Positions 1-15,374 of a stretch of 64,000 nucleotides of DNA are shown here, piece after piece. Location: positions 3,288,001 to 3,352,000 of the forward strand of contig NC_087251.1 in the NCBI RefSeq assembly GCF_037042905.1. Reading direction: 5' to 3'. The position numbers were made by a program, and so were the translations under genes. Within the stretch, counting starts at the first letter, position 1. Every line of letters starts with the position of its first letter. The stretch is from Lytechinus pictus (Eukaryota). A model generated the notes under the pieces. It ran no database searches, was not told where the DNA came from, and saw nothing but the letters and a program-made list of their open reading frames with translations.

Positions 1-225
1 ACTCTTTGTAAGACGGGCCCCAGGATTAGTTTCTCCATTATCACTGACAGGGAACGTGGGTACATGTCTCTATTTCATCATAAATATAGATGACTTATAT
101 AAATAATGTAGCTAATTGAAATTATATACAAGTGGAAAATAATTTTGCTAAAAATCCTGTCATAAAAATATAAAATAACAAAAATTTAGTTAACTCACCT
201 TTTTGCAAATAACATTACTTCTTAA

Positions 226-807
226 AGGAGAATGAAACTCTTGGAGCAAGTTAGCTTTTGTGAAAGCAGAAAAATCAAAGAATAAGATCAACAAAAGTTT
301 GAGTAAAATAGGACTAGCAATAGAAGAGTTGTGAGCATTTGAATGTCGAGATCACTAATGCTATGGAGATCCTCCTATTGGCAATGCGACCAAGATCTAT
401 GATGTCACAGATGAACAACTCTCCCCTTTTGGACACTGAAAATATACCCCAAAACATCTCTTTTTGCTCATTCTAATCATATGACAAACGATTCATCAAT
501 GATATAATGTTGTGAAACCTCTGTACTTGTCCTCTCATAAAAAGAACACCTCACCTTGTGATAGACTCTATAAAAGTGAGAATATAAGTGAAATAAGTAC
601 TAAAGTAATGAGGGAGTTGTACGTGTGACATCACAGATCTTGGTCGCATTGCCAATTGGAGGATCTACATGGCATTAGTGATCTCAATATTCAAATGCTC
701 ATAACTTTCTTATTATTCATTCAATCTTCCTCAAACTTTCAACAATATGTTTCTTTGATTTTTCTCTTTGATATGGATTCAGCTGGTTTCAAGGGTTTCA
801 TTCTCCT
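226..807. mobile_element. Non-autonomous TIR element at a TTAA site (Kolobok/piggyBac-like MITE)
   Basis: TTAA|AGGAGAATGAAAC ... GTTTCATTCTCCT|CTAA; long internal inverted arms (gcgaccaagatct / agatcttggtcgc). Confidence 0.8.
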
Positions 808-986
808 CTAATGAATGTGCTTTGCTTAAATTAATTTGACAGGATATTTTTTTCACTCATTGACAAATTTTTATCAGTTGTGTGAAAATGAGATTTATCC
901 ATTAAAATGACTCATGAATGTACAAAAGCCAAAAGAATGAGGTCAAGGTTACACAATGTGAATAAAGCAAAACATTGTTATTTACT

Positions 987-1219
987 CAAGGTTCCACACT
1001 AACTTTTCTCGGTGGCCCGATCAGTCAACCAAAATCATCAATTTCATATTTTTGGTGACTCGTAAAGCAAATTAAGTGGCCCTAAAAACAATAGAAAATA
1101 TTACAATTTATCAAAACTTTGGTAGCCCAACCAGGCCACCAAGTATTGACTTTTACAGAATTTTGGTGGCCCAACTCTCATTTTTGGTTGCCCTAGGCAA
1201 CAGCTAATGTCAAGCCCTG
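987..1219. mobile_element. Short TIR element with 7-bp TSD (same family ends as 32963-35098)
   Basis: CAAGGTTCCACACTAAC ... GCTAATGTCAAGCCCTG flanked by ATTTACT at 980-986 and 1220-1226. Confidence 0.7.
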
Positions 1220-3646
1220 ATTTACTGTTATTTTGGCAGAAAACAAAATGTTGAATATTGACAATTTTGGGCTCTTATGTGTGCTCAAGACTTGCTTATG
1301 CATGACTTGACAGATCACTATCATTTCACATAGAAGTTAAACGAGGAAGACTCCTTTCAAATATTTTGATAAAAACTTTATGCACTTTTGAAAAAGGGGT
1401 GTTATTTTTTCAACGTAAAACAGAGTTAAAATGAAATTGCCATGAATCAATAGGATACACCAAGACCAGCATACTTTTTTCTTCACCTTTCTTTATTGTA
1501 AAACTACCACTTACACACAATTTGTTCATGTATGAAGGAAATATAGATGACAGGCCAGTTGATTTACTTGCTTTACTTACAGTTGGAAACTATATATTCT
1601 TTTGCTTGAATGGATATTTAATATAATACTTGTGGATATTTGTCTGCATATTTGAAAGACTCCACTTTCTATTATATCATTATGCAGCAGAGAAGTTCAT
1701 AGAGGTAGTGAAGAATGAGAGGTGGGTAAAAATTCACCCCCTAAATCAATTTACACACATTTCAAATATGACCTGACCAAACTTGCATACATGAATGGTA
1801 TATACTTAAACATCAGCATTAAATCATTTGGTCCTTTGTGAGTACATTTTATCTGGAATTGGTCATACATGAAGTACCAAGGGGAGTCAAAATATAACTG
1901 CCATGGGTGCAAGTTCTCTATTAGTCTAGTTCTAGACTCTTTTTTTATTATTTGTAATTAGCCATATAGCACCAACTATAAATGTAAAGCCAACTGGTGG
2001 TGTGTGTAGTTGACAATACATGCTATAGCTAATGACAAATAATAATAATAATAAAGAATTCAATACTATATAGAGTAGCTCACAGTTGATTACTCAAGCA
2101 TCCAACACATATAATAGAAACATTCATTTTATATACATATGGGTGTAAAACAAAATGATAGCTGATGCATGATTGATTTTATAAATGTGACCAGAATACT
2201 ACACATTTAAGGAAATACAGACAATACTAAATCAAAACAAACATCTGGGAAATAAATAGTTTTGCTTCTTTCTCATTACCAATTTATGAATGTAGACCAT
2301 CTATCTGATAATATATTACTTTTAAAACTCTCAAGTTAAAAACAAGGCTATTTTCCAAACCAAGTACACTCAGTCTATTTTTTTTACATTGCTGTATAAT
2401 ATTTCGGGAAAACAGTAAGTTTAATGTCAATGATAAAAATGCAAAACAAATGTTTATTAACAATTTATTAAGATTGCAACTAACTTCTTATACTATCAAT
2501 CACACAATAAAAATAAGAGAGGCAATTAAAATCATTGAGTTTCAATGTTAAATGAAAATCACCAGTAATCCTGTTGGAAATGACTGAGAAAGAACAGATA
2601 CAGTACCATATATGAATAAACACTACTGTACACACAAAAAAAAAGCCTCAACAAAGAAAAGAATGTTTGATAACGAGATATACATGGAACACTATTACAG
2701 ATCCAACCTATGAAAATTTGTATTGTCAACACAGCACCCAGAATATCTGATTAATACATTTTATTTCAATAACAAATATGAAACACACCATCTATTATGT
2801 TACCTGATCTAGGTTATACATCCATACAAACATATTCACAAAAACACTATTCTACAACTTGAGATATACAGTATGTACAATTGATTCCAACCTTCCAAAC
2901 ACATAGTTTGTCTTGTAGTTTGCTTCTTTTGTAACCAGTGATTGTTAAAAGTTTTTTCATTAAGGCATTAGATATCCTTGTCATTACTGTGTAGATGTTA
3001 ATGGAACCCTATGTTTACCTTAATGTCTTTCAGGTGAGTAGGTGTTTTCAATATTGTGGTTACTTCAAAACATTCTGTATTACTATCTATCCATATTGGA
3101 TTGTAATTTTCCCCAAAACTATTAACTCCATGTGGACCACCAGTAGCCAACTACTGAAGATTACACATATAAGGGATGTCTGAGACTGGAAAAGTTAACA
3201 GTCTTGGTCAGAATCTAGATATTTGGTAGTTTATGGTAATTTCCTCCATATGACTTCAATTTTATGAACATTTATAGCAAACTGATGGTATAAGTACACC
3301 AGCAAGAATTACATACAGATGGAAAAACATTTTTTTTCCTATTTCCCACATGCAAAAATTAACATCAGTGTACAGGTTGAAGTATGAAATGTGGTAATAA
3401 TATATCTGATAATTCATTAGGTGCTTTAAATATAGCATCTCAGTGATAACAGATTATATGTCAACTCAGTAGATGATAACTATACTGTACTCTCCTTTGA
3501 CTAAACACTAATTTCTCATGTAATGTATTTACAAGAAAGAAAGTTTCTAGAATATGAAACAAGTACCAACAAGGTGAACAAGACAAAATTGAAAGTGCAG
3601 ACAATGATTTTGAATAATAATGCTACAAAAGAAAATAAAGTTGCAT

Positions 3647-3775
<129 letters not shown>

Positions 3776-3933
3776 CTACAAACAAATCAAATGAAAAACA
3801 ATACTACTGTTGAAGATGGAATTGCAAACAAAGAAATTCTTTTTCAGACAGACATTAATTTAAAAAAAAAACTAAAATGAGTTGAAGACTGCAATATGTT
3901 TGAGAGAGCAAAATAGTGTTAGAATAACTTTGA

Positions 3934-4525
3934 AGGTCAAGTCCATCCCAGAAAAATGTTGATTAGAATAAACAGAGAAAAGTCAAACTAGCATAACGCT
4001 GAAAATTTCATCAAAATCGGAGGTAAAATAAGAAAGTTATGGCATTTTAAAGTTTCACTATTTTTCACATAACAGTGATATATGCACAACTCAGAGACAC
4101 GCAAATGAGTCAGTCGATGATGTCCATCACTCACTATTTCTTTTGTTTTTAATTGTTTGAACTATACAATATTTCATTTTAACAGGTTTGACAATAAGGA
4201 CCAACTTGACTGAACCATTTAGTATTAAACAATGCTAATTCCACATGTTCAGGGAGTAATTAATGATTGTTTCACTTGACAATGAGAAAATTAGAATATT
4301 TCATATAATAAAATACAAAAGAAAAAGTGAGTGGATGACCTCATCAGTCTCCTCATTTGCATACCGACCAGGATGTGCATATAACTATTTCGTGAAATTA
4401 AGCAAAACTTTAAAATGTCCTAACTTTCTTATTTTACATCAGATTTTGATGAAATTTTCAGTGTCATGCTTGTTGGATTTTTCTCTTTTTATTAAAATCA
4501 ACTTTTGTTGGGGTGGACTTGTCCT
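3934..4525. mobile_element. TTAA-type MITE in an H3.3 intron (family copy also at 28587-29251)
   Basis: TTGA|AGGTCAAGTCCA ... TGGACTTGTCCT|TTAA; collinear with 28587-29251. Confidence 0.8.
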
Positions 4526-4928
4526 TTAAGGACAAAGAATACACAATCGGGTTGTTTACATGTATAACCAATGGTGGCACTTATTCTTCTCTATACATTA
4601 AACAAAAAAATCTACATTAAAATTAATATTCAAACCATATTGTTAGTATTTCAACTTTATACCTCCACAATGTTGCAAAAAAAACCACCAACTTTTCAGC
4701 AACTGTATAATATTATTCCTCCTTCCCTTCTCTTTCTCCAAAAATCAATACCAACTACAAGCTGATTTGAATAAATAGAGAAAAATCACAAAAGTAAAAT
4801 GATAAACTACATTTCATATAAATGTAAATGTTTTCTCAAAATAGTTTTGCTTCATTTAACCAAACAGGTATATGACTTTAATGAACTTAATGTAAGTCAG
4901 ACTTAATACTTTGTAAGACATCATCCAG

Positions 4929-5149
4929 GGGGATGTTTCACAAAAATTTAAGTATGACTTAGAGTTGCACCTGAATGCAGACACGTACATGATAAGCAAT
5001 GCGCAATGCGGCAATCTTATTGATCAATACACAGTAGTGCGTGTCCTCTTCGCATGATCTGACCGATCCGGTCATGTCTTTTATACCGCATGCAACTAGA
5101 CATTTAAGTGCGACTCTAAGTCATACTTAAATCTTTGTGAAACACCCCC
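4929..5149. mobile_element. Palindromic MITE (PIF/Harbinger-like)
   Basis: GGGGATGTTTCACAAAAATTTAAGTATGACTTAGAG ... CTCTAAGTCATACTTAAATCTTTGTGAAACACCCC, flanked by CAG/CTG. Confidence 0.75.
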
Positions 5150-5423
5150 CTGGACTATCAACATTCCAGACTATTAAAGAAATATGCATATAAAGTACTG
5201 TTTCTGAAATATCTTAACTACTCAATGCTGAAACAATGTTACTTCATTTAATATTAATAGCATACTTTCATCAGCAGAAAATCATTCATCATTTAACTAA
5301 AATAAAATCATATTAAAGTTGCTATGCAATTGCCAATTTTTGACACCTTCATGGTTTCATCCATAGATAAACCACAATTGTAGACCAGATTTTGAATTAA
5401 ACCAGAGTTCAGAAAACGGGCTA

Positions 5424-5645
<222 letters not shown>

Positions 5646-6061
5646 TTATAGTAATAATAGTAATCAGGCAAAAAATTAATTTTGTATTCTTAAGGGCTAC
5701 TTTTCACAACGTACTGCCTAATTCTGCTCGAAAAGCATGAAAGGTTGGAAAAGAATTACCAGTAGGGTCCTATACTTAGATTTCGGAGCAGCTCATGCAC
5801 CATGGGGAAGTTGGATAAAAAAAAACACAAAAACTGGATATACCACCATTGCTCCTGCAGCCCTAACTGTAGTATCAATTGACTCTTTTTTAACATGGCC
5901 CTAAATGGATGCACTCATGTACATTATTTAACTAACTCAGATAGATACAGTTTTTTCATTCAAAGTTAAGTTATACTGATTTTAAAATAAACACAAGTGT
6001 GGATATTTTATTACATCATAGTAGAGCTCTTAATTGAATAAGTAGGCCTATATCCCCTTAA

Positions 6062-7849
<1,788 letters not shown>

Positions 7850-8113
7850 TTAGGATTCTAGGCCAAATAAATACCTGTAAATAAAAAAAAAAGGACAATG
7901 TAGAAACCATGCATCTGGGTATCTATCACTGTAAATACTTTAGCACATTTCATTGAGGAAAAATTTAAAAAAACAAAAAAACAATCCATATAGTTAGAAC
8001 CCGAATTACTATCTATCTGCTAGATTAAATCAAACAGACAAGCTTTTTCATGCAGCCTATTATGAAAAATAATAATAGGCAACATTTACATAGCACTTAA
8101 AACTTGATTATAA

Positions 8114-9845
8114 TAAGTGGGCTATAAATGGGTGATTTTTTGTTTTACTGTGGCAACAGTTTTTTTGTATTCCTTTTACCTTATCTCAACATGAAATGAC
8201 AATATTTTTTGTCTCGGGTCCGAGAAAAAAGTGTGCCGGGCCAAAATCCAAAATGGCCGCCCAAACCCCCCAAAATCACAGTTTAAGCCACAACTTCTTT
8301 ATTTGGTGGTCTTTTTCTCGGGTTTTGGGGTCTATTCATATGTTTTTGGGGGCAAGAAATTTGTTTTTCCTAAAATTAGTACTTTTAAACCATATTTTGT
8401 AGAGTTAAGAGGTGAATTTACTTAAATTTACCAATTTTTAGACCCTTTTTTTTAGCCCAAAATTATGTTCCATCGTCTCGTGGTTCTTGGATATCAGACA
8501 ATACTAGTTGACCAGTAGTAAGCAGCTTTATATAGCTATATTGCTTTTATTCCTCTAAAAAGGGTTGGCGGATATTTGCGAAATACATCTTATCAAATAA
8601 AATAAAATGTCATTTATCCATAGGGGCTGTACAGTATACAATGTACTGTACATACTACTGTACACTGCATATATCCATGCAGTGTACATAATACTGTACA
8701 CTGCATATATCCATGCATTGAACACCATGACATAACAAGTCCTGTCTATAGTGTCATAGTAGTGAGCTCCTGAGGTTTAGAATTAGATTGTGACTTGTGA
8801 ATTTGATTGCTTGTTCGCTGATGTTAGTGATGTACATGATGTAACCCAATGATAAACATAAACTGCACATAAGCATCATGTATGTGTACATGTACGTACA
8901 TCACATTTTAAGCCATATCTTCTTCATTTGGAGGCTTGTTTTTACCTGGTGATCTAACCCTCTGTTTATGTGGTCAGGTAAATACCATGGTAATGCTGAT
9001 CAATGGCAAATCAGAATCAAGGATTCCATGCAAGTTACCATTGGATGGCAAAGTTACCGTAATCAGAATAGCCACAGTGTAAATGTCATAATTTGGCCGG
9101 GGTTGACTATATTGTTAAAAATATTTTCCTCTCTCCACCCCCTGAATGAGCATAATTGAAAAAACATGTCTTCAATTTCTGAGACAAAACATACAGTATC
9201 TTCAATTTCTCAATAGCTCATTTCTATGACACTATAGTTTATATACAGACCTTGTCATGGTGGTCAATGCATGGACATACATGTATGCAGTGCAGTATGT
9301 ACAATACAATGTATACTGTATGGCCCCTATGGATGAATAACATTTTTTTATTTAATATTATATTTTTCGCAAATATCCGTCAAACCCAAAGTAGAGGAAT
9401 AAGAGCAGTATAGCTACATGAAACTACTTGCTATTGTGAAACTCGTATCGTCCAATATCCAAGAACCACAAGACGATGAAACCTAATTTTTGGCTGAAAA
9501 AAAGGGTCTGAAATGTGTAAATTTAGGTAAAATCACATTTTAACTCTACAAATAATGGTTTTTAAGTACTCATTTCAGGTAAAACAAATTGCCTGCCCCC
9601 AAAAACATATGAATAGAAACCAAAACCAGAGAAAAAGACCACCAAATAAAGAAGTTGTGGTCAAAACTGTGATTTTGGGGGTTGTGGCGGCCATTTTGGA
9701 TTTTGGCCCGGCACACTTTTTTCTTGGACCCGAGACAAAAAAATATTGTCATTTCACGTTGAGATACATTACAAGGAATAAATAAAAACTGTTACCATAT
9801 TAAAATGACAAAAAAAGTATTTTTGACCCACGTATAGCCCACTCC
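8114..9845. mobile_element. Foldback element with ~650-bp inverted arms
   Basis: 8116-8775 is the diverged reverse complement of 9208-9843 (agtgggctata / tatagcccact; gtgtgccgggccaaaatccaaaatggccgcc / ggcggccattttggattttggcccggcacac). Confidence 0.85.
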
Positions 9846-10800
9846 TTAATTATTATAAATAATTATTATTACAATACTGATTATTCATAATCAAGTTTTA
9901 AATTTTATTATTTGTTAAATAATAATTTTTATCTATAAATTGTTCTTCAAAATTGCATTTTCTAACATTGCTTATCGGAGCTACGTACATGTACGTCATA
10001 ACGAAGCGGTTCAAGGTCAAGCATATTGCATTTGCTTTGTTGACAAACGGATCAAGGAATCTACACGAGATCGGTCTGGTAAGAAACCTTCAATTTTTCA
10101 CCTTTTTATTAACCAATATTTGAAACCTTCATACGCATTAGGTGTATGAAGGTGTAAAAATAAATAACATCACTAACATTTACGTGATTTCTATCTTCAA
10201 AGATGGATTTCCTAGGGAAATCGGTATTATCGTGCTTTCTGACTCTGGAGACAAAAAAGATCTGGGGGACAAAATTTCTTACAACGCTTAGTCTCGACAC
10301 TGGGTCTGAAGTTCCATCCGCGCTCGAGTTGGCTCACGATCAAAATCTTCCAGTGTGTGCGCACGAGGCTATACTTTCTTATCCTCTCTCTCTCCCTCAA
10401 ATCTCTCTCATTTGCTTTTTCGCTTTTCGAGTGTTGGCTTGGACTAAAATAAAGAAAAACCTATTGGAAACTAGTTTGTTTGATTCTGCTCTTTTTTTTT
10501 CTAGAACGTTGTTATCATTGACGGGATAACTGACTAAAAAATAAAATTCATGTATATGAGGTAAATGCCTCACACTTTGTCAAATTATTCTTGAACTCCA
10601 ACATTCAACAAACTAAATGAATATCAATAATCCCTGCAGCTCGATACACAGCTTTCACAAACTAATTACTTTCCCCAAAATGATATCTACATGATACTAG
10701 TAATTATTACAAGTGTGCAGGAATGCCTAATTCAATAGACATGTTAATTTCATGGCTCGTTATGTGTGTGTGCCACATGCTTGTTAATTTCTCACACCTG

Positions 10801-11239
10801 GGGTGGTATTCTGAAAACGTTCTTATCTTAATTTTGTTCTTATCTACGTCACGTTCTCAAATTGGTATTCTGAAAACGTTCTTATCTTTTTCTTATCTTT
10901 TGTTCTTATCTTTTTCTTATCTTGCTTTCCATCGATGCTGAGCGCGTAAATTTATAATTCGCGCATATGATACAAAAGCGCGCTAAAAGATAAGAACAAA
11001 ATAAAGATAAGTGGTATTCTGAAAACGTTCTTATCTTTTATCTTTCTTATATTTTTACGATATTTATGATAATATTTAAGATAGCTAGAGGGTTATCACA
11101 TCTTACGATGTCCGCATTCTTTCTTGCTAAAAATCGATGGCCACTGGTAGTAACAAGTATTCCTCCCACCCTTTCTTTCATTCACCCTTTATTTTGCCCA
11201 TCTCTTTTTTCTATCCCTTTTTTCTTTCTTTCTTTTTTG

Positions 11240-11272
<33 letters not shown>

Positions 11273-12576
11273 ATTCTTCCTTTCGTTCTGTCTTTCTTTA
11301 TTTCATTTATTTATTTTCTCTTTTTCTTTATTTTTATCTGTTTGTCTTTCTTCCTTTCTTTCATTCTTCATTTAAATCTTTTAACTTCTTCCTTATTTTT
11401 TGCGTTATTTTATTTATTCTTTACTTTTCTTCCTTTTTTTATTTTCCCTTTTAAATTTTTCCCTTTTTTTTTCTTTCCCCTTTTCTCTCTTTCTTTCTTT
11501 TCCTTTTCTCTCTTTCTTTCTTTTCCTTTCTCCCTTCACTTTATTTTTTGCAATCTTTTTATTTCTTCATTCTTTTTCTTTCTTTCATTCTTTCGTTTTT
11601 ATATATTTTTTTGTTAATTTTCTTTGTTCCTTTTTTTCTTTCTTTCCTCTTTCACTCAATTTTTTTAAATTTTACCCTCATTCTTTTTCTGTTTTCTTTC
11701 TCTTCTAATTTCTTTCATTTTATTTTTTGGTTCTTTTTATTCGCTCGTTCGTTTGCTCTTTCTTTCATTTTTTTTATTTCTGCTTTATCACACTAAATGT
11801 GTGCCTCATTTAGGCCTACTTTCTTTTTTCTTTATTTCTTTCTTTATTCTATTTTTCGCTCATTCTTATTTCGTTTGTTCTTTACTATTTTTTCTATTAA
11901 GTTTTAAAAATCTTTTTCTTTATTCTTCAAGTGTCTTTCCTTTTCCTTCTTTATTTTTCCTTCAATTTTTTATTCCTCTTTTTATCATTGATTATAATTC
12001 TATTCATTCCTCCTTTTTCTTTCTTGTATTCTTTCCTTTTTTATATTTTCTTTTAAGTTCTTTTTGCTTGCTTTCTTTCGTTTACCTTTTCTTTCTTTCA
12101 TTGTTTTCCGCTCTGTTCCTTTTATTTTTTTAATTTCTGCTTCATTCTGACCCTTTTCTGTCTTCTTACTTACCTACTTACTGTCTTTCTTCCTGTTTTA
12201 TTCTTTATTCATAATTGCTTTCTTTACCTTTTTCTTTACTTTCTTTCTTTATTTTGTGCACGTGTCTCGAAATAATAATCAGTCGTTGTTGCGTATAAAA
12301 TGCCTATTTCGCGCAATGCGCCAGAATCAGTGTACGCGCAGTGTCCATGATATTCTCTTGACATAAGGAACGCTTCTATTGGTTAAACTGCCAATATAAA
12401 GCGCATTTTGATTGGTAATCATAAAAATGGGCGTGTTGAAGATAAGAAGGAGGCAGTCCTTACAGAGATAAGAACACGTTAAGAAGATTTTCAGAATACC
12501 GATTTGCAATGATTTTAGCGTCTTCTTATCTCAATGAGATAAGAACAAAGATAAGAACGTTTTCAGAATACCACCC
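10801..12576. mobile_element. PIF/Harbinger-like non-autonomous element containing a pyrimidine tract
   Basis: CTG|GGGTGGTATTCTGAAAACGTTCTTATCT ... AGATAAGAACGTTTTCAGAATACCACCC|CTG; 3-bp TSD CTG. Confidence 0.85.
11170..12255. repeat. ~1.1-kb low-complexity polypyrimidine (CTTT-like) tract
   Basis: Almost entirely T/C; produces the F/S/L-rich spurious ORFs. Confidence 0.95.
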
Positions 12577-13029
12577 CTGTTGATTGACAGAAAACAGAAT
12601 TTGCATCTGTCTTCTTTATTTAGTCAGTGGTCGACAATCAGATTGATGATCTTCCCAATTCAAAGTTCTGTCTTATTTTGTCAGCCAAGTGGAAATCTAT
12701 AAAGGCCTCTCATGACTGACTGACTTAACTGACGAAATCTGAATAAAAATAATGATCGGCCTATTTATTTAGTCAGTGCCACAAATTTTGTTAACCTAAT
12801 AACAATCTCTCTTTAATAAATGTCACAAAGGAAAAAAATTACAAAATACCCTGTAATGTCATATATGAATCTTACATGTTATTTAGTCAGCGATAATTCA
12901 GCCACGTTTACATTTTTTTACTCAACTGTTTTCAAAGAAATTTCACTGTCGTTTAAGTAACCCATCGTTTGTCTCTTCTTCACTCTGCAACTTTTTACTG
13001 TCCACAAAATTAGTCACAGTATCAACTGT

Positions 13030-13500
13030 CTATATATTTATCGTTCTGTTTTACTCCACTTTTGCAACAAAATTACGTACGGTAATTAACCTGTATATTC
13101 CATCAACCCCTCTTTTCCCTTCTCTTCAAAACCACTCTGCCACTTTTAGACAGTAGGATATCCACTAAATAAATCAATTCAAACTCTATATATTTATCGT
13201 TCTTTTTTACTCCACTTTTCCAACGAAATTACGCACGGTAATTAACCTGTATATTCCATCAACCCCTCTTTTCCCTTATCTTCAAAACCACTCTGCCACT
13301 TTAAAACAGTAGGATATCCACTAAATAAATCAATTCAAACTGTCTATATCTTTATCAGTCTTTTTTACTCCACGTTTCCAACGAATTACGCATGGTAATT
13401 AACCTGTATATTCCATCAACCCCTCTTTTCCCTTCTCTTCAAAACCACTCTGCCACTTTTAGACAGTTAGCTATCCATCCAATACAATTTCAATAAGCTT
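13030..13500. repeat. Tandem repeat, ~157-bp unit, 3 copies
   Basis: ggtaattaacctgtatattccatcaacccctcttttccctt recurs at about 13081, 13237 and 13394. Confidence 0.9.
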
Positions 13501-13504
13501 ATTA

Positions 13505-13668
13505 TTTATCTTCCTTTTTGACTCCAGTGCGTGTTATCGCGTTGCCAAAACCCAAAGACGGAGCCAAAAAGAACGATAAAGTTAAGATTCTAGGTTTTAT
13601 CCTCCTTTTTGGCTCCGTCAATGGGTTTTGACGAGATAACATGCTCTGGAGTCAAAAAGGAAGATAAA
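13505..13668. repeat. 164-bp inverted repeat (hairpin)
   Basis: tttatcttcctttttgactccag / ctggagtcaaaaaggaagataaa are exact reverse complements; pairing continues inward. Confidence 0.9.
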
Positions 13669-13888
13669 GTGACTGTGTGTGATATGATATCATCTAGAAT
13701 GATCCATTATGATTGGGGGGAGTGTGATGATGCCACAGTTAAGTTGCTGCGCAATGTCATGTCAACGCAGAAATTGTCCCATGTGCGAGTCTTGTCCAGT
13801 GAGAGAGCTAGCTGAATTTCTCTCATCATCTATTGAAAATCAACAAGGTCAAGGCAAGACTGGTAGTGCTTAGCCTTAGCAGTAATGG

Positions 13889-14362
13889 TAGTGGATCGTA
13901 TTACCGAACACTTTTCATGAATTCAATCATATCAAGCACGTTATTCTCGTAAAATTCACCAAACTTTCACCATAAATACACAATTACCTACAAAATATAA
14001 ATATGTACAATTTTTGCCGAAATCGTTTTTCCTTTTTACGATTTTTGCTTCCAATCGGACCCCCCTTCGCATGTCAAATATTTTGGTCACTTGAAAAAGG
14101 TATCGTATTACCGAACGTGTGTTTTCTATGGGAAAAGTTGAGAAAACAACAAAATCACTGATGAGCTATTTTGACCATATTTTATTGTTTTTAGAATATT
14201 AAGACTTTGAAAATGTGTTTTTGACCATTTTTCATCATCTTTCTATTCAAGTTCTCTTTGGAAGGATGTTGCGAAATTTTGAATGTATGAATTTTTATTT
14301 CTGATGCGTATGATGCGCGCGTTCGGTAATACAAGGCCGGTCGGTAATACAATCACTCACTA
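13889..14362. mobile_element. Degenerate MITE
   Basis: tagtggatcgtattaccgaac ... gtcggtaatacaatcactcacta; the TIR motif is repeated internally at about 14103. Confidence 0.6.
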
Positions 14363-14367
14363 TAATG

Positions 14368-14868
14368 TATGGTAGGGGGTCCTAAAGCTACGCACCACTT
14401 ATCGCGCATGCAGTTTTCAATGGCAAATGCGCACTCTGTGGAACTGTGACTGCAGAGTGACGAACAATTCCTATTCATTTTTTTTTTCAACAGAGGCTGC
14501 AATAAATCTCTAAATGCAGAGAAAACCAACAACTGTTTGGAATTTCAGAGTTATATTCACTTTAATTTCATATATCCTATAATAATGTGAACATATTTTA
14601 GAAGTTGAGGCACAGGAGATAATATTTTTTTGCGTGATAAATCAAGTGCGTAGCTTTAGGACCCCTTCTACATCGGGCGGCGAAAGAGGGGTTCGGAAAA
14701 CACGGCGGAATTTTCGTATTACGCGAGTTTTGCGTTATTTTCGTCTGGGTTAATGATCTTTAGAATATTTGCCACAAATTGGTGAATGATAATTTGTTCA
14801 AATATTGAAATTGGCATAGTTTTTATCGTTTGAAAACAAAGTGCGTAGCTCTAGGTCCCCCCATCATA
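14368..14868. mobile_element. MITE
   Basis: tatggtagggggtcctaaagctacgcac ... gtgcgtagctctaggtccccccatcata. Confidence 0.7.
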
Positions 14869-15374
14869 TACTTTATGACTCTGGAATCAGCAATCACGAT
14901 ATGGCCGGGAAATCCATCTTTGTTTACATGTGTCTCTTTATGGGAGGCGGTTCAAAAAATCAAGGCTCTATGATCAAATGACAATATCATAATCATAAAA
15001 AAAATATGATCACGGAGTCAAGCCTTGAATAGGTGTTTTTGCGGCTAGGCCTATGCTATGCTAAGGAGAATAACTATACTAGTCTGTTTGAGTATGTATG
15101 GATATCTCTCTTTAGACTTAGTCTTAGATCTAGTCTAACTTAAGTTAAAATAATCTTTTTGATTTTGAAGCATGTAACTTTGGGAACAACTGCAGAATAC
15201 CCGGACACTGCGTTACCTTATCGTTGGAGAGCCAACGCACAACAATGTACTTAAGCTATCAAATCAGAAAATCAGCTATAATAAATAATTGAATGATTTA
15301 CAACTTACAAGTATTTTTTGAATAGATTCTAAGTGTTCAGACTGCACTGTAACGCTAACGATGCGAGCGCGCGC

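Noticed and set aside
11066..12133. Long F/S/L-rich ORFs resembling membrane proteins
   Set aside because: Translation of a polypyrimidine tract, open in several frames
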